Below, in pieces: positions 54,412 through 63,709 of a stretch of 64,000 bases of DNA. The position numbers and the translations under genes are program-made. This DNA comes from an uncultured Ectothiorhodospiraceae bacterium (GTDB taxonomy: Bacteria > Pseudomonadota > Gammaproteobacteria > XJ16 > Halofilaceae): the NCBI GenBank assembly GCA_964445325.1, contig CAYUKN010000002.1, forward strand, positions 10,794 through 74,793. Direction: 5' to 3'. Within the stretch, counting starts at the first letter, position 1, and each line of letters opens with the position of its first letter. Under the pieces are notes generated by a model. The model ran no database searches. It saw only the letters and a list, made by a program, of their open reading frames with translations, and had not been told where the DNA came from.

Positions 54412-56880
54412 TCAGCCGTCGCCCACATCCGGTTCGCCCATTTCGTCGCCCCCTTGCCCACGCTGCGCCGGCGCCCGCGATGACGCCTGGGTGTCCAGCA
54501 CCGAGCGATCCGGCGGCATGCGGCTGAAACGCACATCGCGCCGGGGGTAGGGGATCTCGATGCCGTGCTGGCGGAACGCCCGATCGATCTGGAGGTTGAT
54601 GTCGCTCTGGACGATCACGAAGTAGGCGATGTCGCGGATGAACACCCGCAGCTCGAACTCGAAGCCGGAATCACCGAACTGGCGCATCACGACCTCCGGC
54701 GGGGGTGCGAGCACCGGGTCGGTGATGACCTGGGCATGCTCCTGCGCAATGGCGAGCAGGATGGAGTGGACTCGGGTCGTATCCGTGCCGAAAGCCACCC
54801 GGACGGGCACGGTCACACGGCCGATCGGATCCCTGAGCATCCAGTTGACCACTTGGCTCTGGATGAGCTCGGAGTTGGGCACGATGACGTCGGCACGGTC
54901 GAAGGTCTGGACCTGGGTCGAGCGGATGCTGATGCGCTTGACGAAGCCCTCGGTACCGCCCACGACGATCCAGTCGTCGGTCTTGACGGGCCGCTCGAAC
55001 AACAGGATCAGGCCGGAGACGAAATTGTTGAAGATGTTCTGCAGGCCGAAGCCGATACCCACCGACAGAGCGCCCGCGATCAGCGCCATATTGGTGAAGT
55101 TCACCCCGGCCACCGCGAGGCCGGCGAGGATGGCGATCGCGCCCCCGAGGTAGCCCGTGATCGTGACCAGGGCCTCGCGCGCACCGCGCTCCATGCGGGT
55201 GCGCCTGAGCCAGCGGTGGCTCATGCGCTGCTGGACCCACCCCGATACGCCCAATAGCACCACCAGCGTGATCAAACCCCAGAGGACGCTGATGGGCACC
55301 AACTCGAAGCGTCCGATGCTGAAGCCCTCGTTGATCACACGCAGCAGCCAGGCGAGGCCGGTGTCCGACATCCCCCAGCTCAACAGCACCAGCAGCAGGA
55401 AGGCGCTCCAGACGCCGACGGCCACCAGGATGCGCAGCCATATCAGCCCGGGGACACGGCGGTCACCGCCCACACCGAGGGTCTCGCGGACACCGCGCTG
55501 CCAGCGATAGCGCCCCTCGTCGAGGCCGTCGAAGAACTCGGCGAGCAGACGCCAGACGAACAGCGACGCGCCAAACGACAGCAGCGTGCCCACGATCCCG
55601 GCGACGACGTACTCGGCCATATTGCGATAGCCGAGCCACTCCGCCCCCAGCGCGAACAGCATGCCCGCGGTCAGCACGATCCGCGGCAAGCGGGTATCGC
55701 GCCCGCTCAACAGCTCACTGACGATCCAGATGATGCGCATGAGCTCGACGACGAGGACCGTCGCGGCGATCACCCGCAACAGCTCGCGCACAGGCTCGGG
55801 GAAGCTCTCGACCGCGAGCGTCGCCGAGAACAACGCCATCAACAGCACCAGCACGGCCAAGACCCGAAGACGCCGCGTCAGGCGGCGCAGCGAGGCTTCC
55901 GGAGCCGGCATGAACGGATGCGCGGGATCGCACGGCGCGAGGAAGACGCGGATGAGGAAGATGAAGAAGAAATAGCCGGCGAGCCCGTAGGCCAACAGCG
56001 TGATGAACGACCATTCGGGCGTGTCGTAGCCGATGAACGTGAGATAGGCGCTGGCGACGAGGCTGGTCGCCAGCGGCGGCAGGATGTTGGCGACACACGC
56101 GAGCACCGACTGGACGAAAGCCGACATCAAGGTGGCGCCCCCACCCAGGCGCTCGGCGGCGCGGAACAACGGGCGCCGCGCATAGACGCTGCCGCCGGCG
56201 CACAGCAACAACAGGCCGACGCCACCGATGAGTTCCGCCCAGCTCAGGTTGTCGATGCCGCTCGAGCGCAGCAGGAACAGCCGCGCCGACGTCCATAGCT
56301 GCTCAGGCTGGCGCAGGTTATCGGCCACGACCACCCAGATGGGGTCCTCGCGCTCGAGCAGGCGTTCGGTGAGCCACTCCTGCTTGAGGCGGGTTAGCCG
56401 GTCCTGGAGCTCATTGGCTCGGAGCTCGAGCACCCGGCAAAGCTGGAGCTGCTTTTCTATGCTGTCGCGCCGGCGCTCGAGTGCTTGGCGCTGCTGCTCG
56501 ATGCCGACGGCTTCGCGGCCACTGATATCACCGAGGGTGTCGAGTTTGCCCTGGACACTCTCCAAGCGGGAGTCGTTCTGGTTGATGCAGCGCTTGGCCT
56601 GGTCGCGGATCGCCGGTATGCGCCCGAGGAACGCCTCGAGCACGTCCTCGCCGGGCGAGGGCTCGATGCGCAGTTGACGCTCCATCTCGCTGAGACTGCG
56701 ATCCGCGTCGGCCACCACCTCCGGATCGATCGCCGAGGCCTGCCCCTGCGCACCCGCGGCGAATGCCGCCGGGCCGATCAGCACCAGAGCCAGTGCCACA
56801 ACACCACCGAAGCGGGCGAGCCCGCGCGCTCGCCCGCTCATGCCGGCTCGACCCGGGATGAAGCGCGCCAACGACGTCAT
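54412..56880 (-). CDS. Large MscS-family mechanosensitive channel (MscK-like)
   Basis: Periplasmic coiled coil, many TM, GALSVGIGFGLQNIFNNFVSG, VPNSELI, IEIPYP; start ATG 56880. Confidence 0.92.
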   Translation of the reverse strand: MTSLARFIPGRAGMSGRARGLARFGGVVALALVLIGPAAFAAGAQGQASAIDPEVVADADRSLSEMERQLRIEPSPGEDVLEAFLGRIPAIRDQAKRCINQNDSRLESVQGKLDTLGDISGREAVGIEQQRQALERRRDSIEKQLQLCRVLELRANELQDRLTRLKQEWLTERLLEREDPIWVVVADNLRQPEQLWTSARLFLLRSSGIDNLSWAELIGGVGLLLLCAGGSVYARRPLFRAAERLGGGATLMSAFVQSVLACVANILPPLATSLVASAYLTFIGYDTPEWSFITLLAYGLAGYFFFIFLIRVFLAPCDPAHPFMPAPEASLRRLTRRLRVLAVLVLLMALFSATLAVESFPEPVRELLRVIAATVLVVELMRIIWIVSELLSGRDTRLPRIVLTAGMLFALGAEWLGYRNMAEYVVAGIVGTLLSFGASLFVWRLLAEFFDGLDEGRYRWQRGVRETLGVGGDRRVPGLIWLRILVAVGVWSAFLLLVLLSWGMSDTGLAWLLRVINEGFSIGRFELVPISVLWGLITLVVLLGVSGWVQQRMSHRWLRRTRMERGAREALVTITGYLGGAIAILAGLAVAGVNFTNMALIAGALSVGIGFGLQNIFNNFVSGLILLFERPVKTDDWIVVGGTEGFVKRISIRSTQVQTFDRADVIVPNSELIQSQVVNWMLRDPIGRVTVPVRVAFGTDTTRVHSILLAIAQEHAQVITDPVLAPPPEVVMRQFGDSGFEFELRVFIRDIAYFVIVQSDINLQIDRAFRQHGIEIPYPRRDVRFSRMPPDRSVLDTQASSRAPAQRGQGGDEMGEPDVGDG

Positions 56881-58004
56881 TGACCGACTCGACCGATGCG
56901 CTCCATTGCGGTGTCGAGGCGCGCCCGGGGACACCCGAAGTTCAGTCGCACGAAGCCCGGCGCCCCGAAGGCGCGCCCGTCGGACAGGCCGACCCCGCTC
57001 TGCTCGAACACGGGCGCGGGCTCGCGCTCGTCGATCGCGCGCGCATCGATCCACGCCAAATAGGTCGCCGCCGGCGAGTTCATCGAGAGACGCGGATGAT
57101 CATCGATCGCGGCCTGCGCCCGCTCGCGATTGTCCCGCAAGTAGGCGATCAGGCGAGCATGCCAGTCGGCGCAGTCGCGCCAAGCAGCGAGCGCCGCGGT
57201 GAAGCCGAGGGCATTGACCCCGGGCACGAAACCGGCCCGTACGCGCTCGAATCGGGCGCGTAACTGCGCGTCGGGGATCACCGCCAGCGAGCACCCCAGC
57301 CCGGCGATATTGTAGGTCTTGCTCGGCGCGAGCAGCGTGATCGTGCGGCGCGCGATCTCGGGGCCCAGCGTCGCCAGGGGGATGTGGGGCTTGTCATGGT
57401 CGAGGATCAGGCCGCAGTGGATCTCGTCGCTGCAGACGAGCAGGTCGCGCTCGACACAAAACGCGGCCAACCTTTCCAGCTCGTCGCGCGAGTACACCCG
57501 GCCCGTGGGATTCTGCGGGTTGCACAGCAGCAGCATCGCCGTATCGCAGGTGAGCGCCGCGTCCAGGGCCTCGAAGTCGATGGCCCCCGCGGCGTCGGCG
57601 AGCGGCACGCGCACGGTTTCGCGGCGGGCCCGGGCGGGTGCCTGGAGGAACGGCGGATAGATGGGCGTGAACGTCGCGATGGCATCGCCGTCGCGCCCGG
57701 CACTCGCGCACGCCAGGTGGATCCCGGGGACGAGGCCGGGCAGCCATACGAGCCACTCGGGCTCGATCGACCAATCGAAATGGTGACGCAGCATCGATAC
57801 GGCGGTGTCGTTGAGCTCGTCGGGCGGCCGTGTATAGCCGAAGACGCCGTGCTCAACGCGTGCGTGCAGCGCCTCCAGCACGGGTGGCGGCGCGCTGAAG
57901 TCCATGTCGGCGACCCACATGGGCAGGATGTCCCGGCCCATGTAGCGATCCCACTTCTCGCTCGCCGTGCCCTCGCGGTCGATGAGTTGGTCGAATTCTT
58001 GCAT
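56877..58004 (-). CDS. PLP-dependent MalY/PatB family C-S lyase / aminotransferase
   Basis: PMWVADMDF, HGVFGY, LCNPQNP, SDEIH, APSKTYNIAGL, RLNFGC; start ATG 58004. Confidence 0.92.
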   Translation of the reverse strand: MQEFDQLIDREGTASEKWDRYMGRDILPMWVADMDFSAPPPVLEALHARVEHGVFGYTRPPDELNDTAVSMLRHHFDWSIEPEWLVWLPGLVPGIHLACASAGRDGDAIATFTPIYPPFLQAPARARRETVRVPLADAAGAIDFEALDAALTCDTAMLLLCNPQNPTGRVYSRDELERLAAFCVERDLLVCSDEIHCGLILDHDKPHIPLATLGPEIARRTITLLAPSKTYNIAGLGCSLAVIPDAQLRARFERVRAGFVPGVNALGFTAALAAWRDCADWHARLIAYLRDNRERAQAAIDDHPRLSMNSPAATYLAWIDARAIDEREPAPVFEQSGVGLSDGRAFGAPGFVRLNFGCPRARLDTAMERIGRVGQ

Positions 58005-58303
58005 CTCGTCTCCCGATTGCACGTGCATGGTAGGCGACGGGCCTGTATACGGCCACCCACGGCCCAGCGCTTCTGCGCCGCCGACGTGCGAGGCCCTGGA
58101 GCGCGATTCCGTGATTGGGTTCGCAGTCAGCAGACCACGCACAAGCCAACATGCATCGACGCCAGTGTTGCCTGCCCGCGCGGACGGCGGAATGGAGCCC
58201 GACGACCGTGGCGCTGCCCATGACTGTCCGCGGGCAGCGATGATACAAGGGGACGCGCTGGCGCGGCTTTCCAGTGAGCACGAACCAAAAAGGGGGTTGC
58301 ACC

Positions 58304-59080
58304 ATGTTGCAACGGATCGCCGGAGTTTGTACGGGGCTATTCCTGCTGACGACGCTGTCGGCATGCACCGTCGTCAACGAGACTGTCGATCAAGTGAGCG
58401 ACGCCACCAGCGACGCGCTCGAGAGCTCAACCAGCTCATCGGGGACGTCCGACGGCATGGGCATGGCGTCGATGGATCAGATGAGCATGCGCATGTTCCG
58501 CGCCATGTTCTATCAAGGTGGCTACGCGCTCGACACCCGGCGGTTCGAGCCGGGCGAGTACGTGCAATGGCAAGTCGAGGGCCGCGGCGATTCTGAGTGG
58601 TTCCGCAAGGCGATGCTCAAGCGCCGCCCCGACGGCAACGAGTGGTGGCGCCTGATCAACAAGACCAGTAGCGGCAAGATGATCATGGAGGCCTTGCTCG
58701 AGCCCGAGGACGATTCGGGCAGTCGGCGCATTCTGCGCCTGCGGCAGAAGCTCGGGCCGGATCAGAAGGCCGAGGAAGTACCCATCACCAAGGACAACGC
58801 GGATAAGTGGACCTTGGACCGCCAGCGTGAGCTCACCGAGGAGAGCTACAAGGGCATGAAGGTCGGCCGCAAGAGCATCTCGGTGCCCGCGGGCACATTC
58901 CGGGTCGACCATCTGCGCAGCACGCATCCCCAGCGCGGGGGCACGGCCCATTGGTATCTGACGGACGATGTCCCTGGCAGCGTGGCGCGCTACGTCTGGG
59001 AGAGTAATGGCAGCAAGCACACGATGTCGCTGAGCGACTATGGCGATGGCGAGACCTCGTCCCAACTGGGGGCGTTCTAG
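58304..59080 (+). CDS. Uncharacterised lipoprotein, beta-rich with VPAGTF (DUF3108-like) motif
   Basis: Lipobox LSAC; ISVPAGTFRV; start ATG 58304. Confidence 0.75.
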   Translation: MLQRIAGVCTGLFLLTTLSACTVVNETVDQVSDATSDALESSTSSSGTSDGMGMASMDQMSMRMFRAMFYQGGYALDTRRFEPGEYVQWQVEGRGDSEWFRKAMLKRRPDGNEWWRLINKTSSGKMIMEALLEPEDDSGSRRILRLRQKLGPDQKAEEVPITKDNADKWTLDRQRELTEESYKGMKVGRKSISVPAGTFRVDHLRSTHPQRGGTAHWYLTDDVPGSVARYVWESNGSKHTMSLSDYGDGETSSQLGAF

Positions 59081-59112
59081 GACCGCAGGCCGGTGTGCCT
59101 CGACGGCCACGA

Positions 59113-59142
59113 GTATACCGGCGGTTTCCCCCCGCCGGTATA
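59113..59142. other. Perfect 12-bp hairpin between the lipoprotein and mlaE-like genes
   Basis: GTATACCGGCGG-TTTCCC-CCGCCGGTATAC. Confidence 0.7.
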
Positions 59143-59259
59143 CCCTTTAGGGCCGAGGGTCGTGGAACGCAATCCCGCCTGCGCGACTCATCCAGGACCC
59201 GTGGATGAGCGACGCACGTCGCCGAGGATCGCGGGCCCGCCCCGCCCAACCGCCACGCG

Positions 59260-60078
59260 GTGGACTGGTTGATGGGCTCACTGGGGGCTACGGTGGCCAC
59301 AGTGACCGGCGCGTTCGGCCGACCGATCGTCGCTGCATTCGTCTACGCGGTCGATCTGGCGGTGTTCATCTGGCAATCGCTCACCGACCGCAGCCGCCAA
59401 CGTCGCTTGTGGAACCGGGCCTCACGGCGCGCGATGGTCACCCAAGTCATCTTCACCGGTGTCGACGCCCTCCCGGCGATAGTCATCCTCTCGCTGGCGA
59501 TGGGTGCGGGGGTGATCGCGCAACTCGTGCTGGCGTTACAAGAGTTCGGCACTCAGAGCTACGTCGTCACCGTGATCACCGACCTCGTCGCCCTGGAGCT
59601 GGGCGCGCTCTTGACGGCGATCTTCTTGGTCGGCCGGTCGGGATCGGCGATCACCGTCGACCTGCTCAATATGAAGCTCAACAACGAAATCCATGCACTC
59701 GAGCTCCTGGGCATCAACATCAACGACTTCCTGATCGTGCCGCGTTTGGTAGGTTGCAGTGTCGCTCAGCTCGTGCTGGCGATCGTATTCTCTTTCGTTG
59801 CATTGACCAGCACCGTTTTCGTCACGGCCGTATTCGCGCCGATCAACCTGGCGCAGTATTTCCACGCCATCGTCGGCGCCTTCACGGGTCTCGATATCGC
59901 AGTTTTCCTTTTCAAGAATGCATTGTTCGGCTTGATCATCGGCAGCATCGCATGCTTTCACGGGCTGCAGATCAAGGACTCGGTCACCGAGATCCCGCAG
60001 CAAACACAAAAGGCGATCGTGTCCACACTGCTGGTGATTTTCGTACTGGACGGCATACTCGCCGGGGCATTGGGGTGA
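59260..60078 (+). CDS. MlaE-family ABC permease (MCE system)
   Basis: FTGVDALP, ELGALLTAIFLVGRSGSAIT, EIHALELLGIN..FLIVPR, AIVSTL. Confidence 0.9.
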   Translation: MDWLMGSLGATVATVTGAFGRPIVAAFVYAVDLAVFIWQSLTDRSRQRRLWNRASRRAMVTQVIFTGVDALPAIVILSLAMGAGVIAQLVLALQEFGTQSYVVTVITDLVALELGALLTAIFLVGRSGSAITVDLLNMKLNNEIHALELLGININDFLIVPRLVGCSVAQLVLAIVFSFVALTSTVFVTAVFAPINLAQYFHAIVGAFTGLDIAVFLFKNALFGLIIGSIACFHGLQIKDSVTEIPQQTQKAIVSTLLVIFVLDGILAGALG

Positions 60079-60833
60079 CCAGCGACCAGCCAATCGTTGC
60101 CGAGAACGTGACGACCGGCGCTCCCGAGCGCCCGCCGCTGTCGTGCCGCCTGGGTGATGAGCGCCTGGTATGCGTAATGGGCCCGCGCGCATGCCGGCGC
60201 GATTACATGAGGCTATTGGCGGGTGTCGATGCAGGCGCTGGCGGCGATCTCGATCTCCTCGGCTGGCCCGCCGGCAAGCTGGATCGAGCGAGGGCCCGTT
60301 GGCTGCGACGCCGCATTGGCTATATCGCACCGTATCTGCGGCTTTTGTCGGTGATCAGCGCTTGGCGCAACGTGCTGCTGGGGGTCACTTATCATGATCT
60401 GGGCGAACCGGCGAAGCGCGAAGAGCGTGCGCAGCATCTCATCGACGCGATGCCGGGCGCGGCGCATCCGGCGACGCTACCTGCTCACATGAGCCAGCTC
60501 CAGCACATGCACATGACGACCGCGCGCTCGATCATGCTCGAGCCTGCGTTCCTCTTCGCTGAGGATCCGTTTCGCGGCCTGGAGCACGACGAACGCCAGC
60601 GCCTGGGTGATTTCCTCGCGCGAGTTGCACCCGCTTACACCGGCACCGTCGTGGTCTCCACCGATGACGCAGGCTTCGCCCGCGATTATGCTGAACGCAT
60701 CGTGTTCGTTTCGCCGGAAGGGCATGGCGATTTCGCCGATTGGGCGGCGCTTCGCGCGAGCCGGGATGGCGCGGTCCAGGCGTACTTGCGACAGCGTTCT
60801 GCGGGCGAGGGGGCGCCCGAGGAGGAGCAATGA
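60075..60833 (+). CDS. Degenerate MlaF-like ABC ATPase (pseudo-ATPase)
   Basis: In frame within ORF 59205..60833, GTG start overlapping the mlaE stop. ABC fold recognisable (RRRIGYI, SAWRNVLL, MLEPAFLF) but Walker A, signature, Walker B and H-loop are all altered. Confidence 0.8.
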   Translation: MTSDQPIVAENVTTGAPERPPLSCRLGDERLVCVMGPRACRRDYMRLLAGVDAGAGGDLDLLGWPAGKLDRARARWLRRRIGYIAPYLRLLSVISAWRNVLLGVTYHDLGEPAKREERAQHLIDAMPGAAHPATLPAHMSQLQHMHMTTARSIMLEPAFLFAEDPFRGLEHDERQRLGDFLARVAPAYTGTVVVSTDDAGFARDYAERIVFVSPEGHGDFADWAALRASRDGAVQAYLRQRSAGEGAPEEEQ

Positions 60834-61849
60834 GCCAGCAGCAGCCCCACTATGTACACCGTGTGCAATACACCACGCAGGAGCGCATCGTCGGTGTGTT
60901 CGTGCTGATCGGTTTGGCCGTCGTTATTGGTCTGATGGTCGCGAAGGGCCAGAGCACGAATTTCTTCGAGGAGCGCATCACCTATCACGCGACGCTCGAC
61001 AACGCCCAAGGCGTGTCCACCGAGACACCGGTCAAGGTATCGGGCATCGAGGTCGGGCGGGTTTCCTCACTCGGCATCTCCGAGCAAAACCGGGTCGACG
61101 TCGAGTTCTTCGTCTACGAACGCTTCCGCGACCTCATTCGCGAGGATTCGCAGGGCGCACTGGGTAAGCTATCAATGCTGGGCAATGCCACGCTCAACAT
61201 CACCACGGGCTCACCGGAGCGTGAGCCGTTGCCCGAAGACGCCGAGATCCCCGTCGAGGAACCCCAGTCGATCAATGACCTAATCGCCGCGGCACGGCCG
61301 GTGGTCGAGCGCATGCGCAACGCCATCGAGGACGCCACACGGCTCATCGCGGCAGTCGATCCCGACGCTGTCAGCCAAGCCACCGACAATCTGGCGCAAG
61401 CGGCCGCTAACGCACGGCGCGTTACCGACGACGTGCGCGCGGGCAAAGGGCCAGTCGGCGAGATCCTCTACGGCGAGACCACACAGGCGCGCGTCGAGCG
61501 CACCACCGCGGCGATGGCCGAGACAGCGGAGCTCGCCGAGGCGCGCATGCGCGAGCTCGAGCCCGTCACCACCGACGCCGAGGCGACCATGGCCGCCTTT
61601 CGCGAGCTAGCCGAGCGCTTGCCCGCGCTCAGCGACGATGTCGATGCCCTGGTGGCCGGCTTCGACCGTACCGCAACGCTGGCGAATGAGCGCCTCGAGG
61701 ACCTGCCCGAGCTCACCACGGAAGCCGAGGTCCTGCTGGGCGAGGCCAACCGCACGATGAAGGGGGCGCAACGGATCTGGCCACTGTCCGAGGCACTCGA
61801 GGGCGATACGGGCACCACCGTGATCGAAGCGCAACCGGCCCAGCAATGA
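60830..61849 (+). CDS. MCE/MlaD family protein with long helical extension
   Basis: N-terminal TM, AQGVSTETPVKVSGIEVGRV, SMLGNATLNITTG, heptad-rich C-terminus; ATG 60830. Confidence 0.9.
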   Translation: MSQQQPHYVHRVQYTTQERIVGVFVLIGLAVVIGLMVAKGQSTNFFEERITYHATLDNAQGVSTETPVKVSGIEVGRVSSLGISEQNRVDVEFFVYERFRDLIREDSQGALGKLSMLGNATLNITTGSPEREPLPEDAEIPVEEPQSINDLIAAARPVVERMRNAIEDATRLIAAVDPDAVSQATDNLAQAAANARRVTDDVRAGKGPVGEILYGETTQARVERTTAAMAETAELAEARMRELEPVTTDAEATMAAFRELAERLPALSDDVDALVAGFDRTATLANERLEDLPELTTEAEVLLGEANRTMKGAQRIWPLSEALEGDTGTTVIEAQPAQQ

Positions 61850-61877
61850 TCGGCGGTGATCGGGCTTGGGGGCACGC

Positions 61878-62921
61878 GTGACGAGCAACCCGGACGAGCG
61901 CGAGCGCGCACGGCAGCGGCGCCACGCGGTGTCGGCAATCGCCGCCCTGGCCGCCTCGCTGGTGCTCGCCGCTTGCGTGAGCGACGCCCCCGAGGAGGCG
62001 ACGCAAGCGCCACCCCATGAGGGTCAGCAATTACTCGAACGCGGGGTTCGCTCATACGAGCGCCGTGACTACGAGGCAGCGGCAACCGACTTCACGCAGG
62101 CGCTTGCCTATTTCCGCAGCTACGACCTCGCCGACGGCGTGGTGCGCAGCCGAATCAACCTAGCGCGTATCGAGCTCGATCTCGGCCGCCCCGAGGCAGC
62201 ACACGATCACCTGGCCGCCGCCCGCGCGAACGCGGACCGGGCGCAAGATGGCGACTGGTCCGCCCGGTTGGACCTGCTCGACAGCTCCGTGGCGATCGAG
62301 CTGGGCGAGCTAGAGCGTGCCGTGCAACACATCGAACCCCACCTGCCCGACTTTGGCGACGATGCTCGCGTCGCCGGCAGTGCCGGCACGCTCTCGTCGG
62401 AGCAGCTGAGCTTTGTCGCCAACCGCGTCGCGGTGGCATTCGAGCGCGGCGACGGCGATCGACGGCAATGGCTGGCCCGCCTGCGCAATGCCCTGGCGGC
62501 GCAGGATGCGGCGAGCCCCTTGCTCGAAGGTCGGCTCGAGCGCTTTCGTGCCCGCCTCGCGGCGGACGACGGCGACGAGCGGCTTGCGCTGGAACGGCTC
62601 GACCAGGCCGTGCGCCACTACCAACGGGCGCGCCACCGTGCCGGCATTGCCGCCGCACTGGAACAATCGGCCGGCATCCATGCCAACCGGGGCGAACACG
62701 AGCGCGCGCGTAACCATCTCGATCGCGCGCTCTATCTCCATCTATCGGTGCGCAACGCGCGAGCGACACGCGCGAATCTCGACAAACGCTTGGCCTGGAT
62801 CGAACCCCAGTCGAGTCGCCGGATGGCGTTGCGCGCCTGGATGGAACGGCTGACCACGCCCGAGGGGGTCGACTGGAGTGCCCTGCGCGATGCGGTGATC
62901 GAAGAACCGGTCCGCCGCTAG
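61878..62921 (+). CDS. TPR-repeat lipoprotein
   Basis: Lipobox LAAC; repeated helical TPR-like units (AATDFTQALAYF, ALERLDQAVRHY); GTG start 61878. Confidence 0.8.
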   Translation: MTSNPDERERARQRRHAVSAIAALAASLVLAACVSDAPEEATQAPPHEGQQLLERGVRSYERRDYEAAATDFTQALAYFRSYDLADGVVRSRINLARIELDLGRPEAAHDHLAAARANADRAQDGDWSARLDLLDSSVAIELGELERAVQHIEPHLPDFGDDARVAGSAGTLSSEQLSFVANRVAVAFERGDGDRRQWLARLRNALAAQDAASPLLEGRLERFRARLAADDGDERLALERLDQAVRHYQRARHRAGIAAALEQSAGIHANRGEHERARNHLDRALYLHLSVRNARATRANLDKRLAWIEPQSSRRMALRAWMERLTTPEGVDWSALRDAVIEEPVRR

Positions 62922-62972
62922 CCACTACGGTGTCCGGCGAGGCCCGAGTCACCACCGGCGTTGTCGCACGGC

Positions 62973-63397
62973 TCACCGCGGCACCGGGCCCGCTGCCTCG
63001 AGGCTCACCGCGAGTCCGGCTGCATGCTGCAGCGCTCGCGGGCAAGCTATCGGGATGGCTGGTGCCCGGACTCGAGCAGGTGCTGCTTCGGCATCGGCCG
63101 CGAACAGCTCAGCCGGCTCGTCGGCGGCGGGTTCGCGCGACAGGGGCTGACCCGCGCGCTCGCTGAAGATCGCGTGATAGCGCTGGAGCGACTCCTCGTC
63201 ACAGGCGTGCAACTCCCGGATCGCGCCCTTGGCCGTGTACGGGCTGCAGCCGACGTGCACCAGCACGTGCTCGCCCAGATACAGCCCGGCGGGGACGTCT
63301 CGCGCACCGCGGTCTTCACACCCGCATCCATCAGGCACGCGGCGTGCTGGCGGTCGCGTGCCCGCGCGAAAACGCCCGAGTCGCAGAGCAACGTCAT
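62973..63397 (-). pseudogene. Possible frameshifted small gene with a HypC/HupF-like motif
   Basis: Coding-like GC3 switches frame at the G4 run 63291-63294; the joined reading gives ...DAGVKTAVRETSPAGLYLGEHVLVHVGC...DEESL. Confidence 0.3.
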
Positions 63398-63637
63398 GGC
63401 GCACCTGCTCCCAGGCGAAGGGGTGCACGCCCAACACGGGGCGGCGGTGCCTATGGGCGCGGTCGCACCCCGTCAATGGCCCGGATGCCTGCGCCGCATG
63501 TGCCTCGGTCGGCACACACGTCGGCGCACGCGCCGGCCCCGGGGCGGCGGACGAGACCGCGCCCGGCCGCCACCCAAGCCCCGCCACGCCAATGACGCTG
63601 GATGCGCAATCTGCGCGCAGCACCACGCACCTGATCA

Positions 63638-63674
63638 ATAGCTCCAAACTATCGATAAGACGATCAATTTCAAT
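63638..63674 (+). promoter_or_regulatory. OxyR-type binding box
   Basis: ATAG-ctccaaa-CTAT-N7-ACGA-N7-CAAT; the first half matches ATAGntnnnanCTAT exactly. Confidence 0.6.
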
Positions 63675-63709
63675 TGGATTGATCGCAAAGCACCGGTTAG
63701 GCTGACTGT

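Noticed and set aside
59205-60074. N-terminal 290 aa of the 542-aa ORF 59205..60833
   Set aside because: Alternate frame of mlaE; only the part from GTG 60075 is ABC-like.
62961-63641. 226-aa plus-strand ORF as the gene ending at the 63820 terminator
   Set aside because: Low-complexity Arg/Ala/Pro sequence with poor codon bias; it stops before the OxyR-like box and does not explain the terminator.
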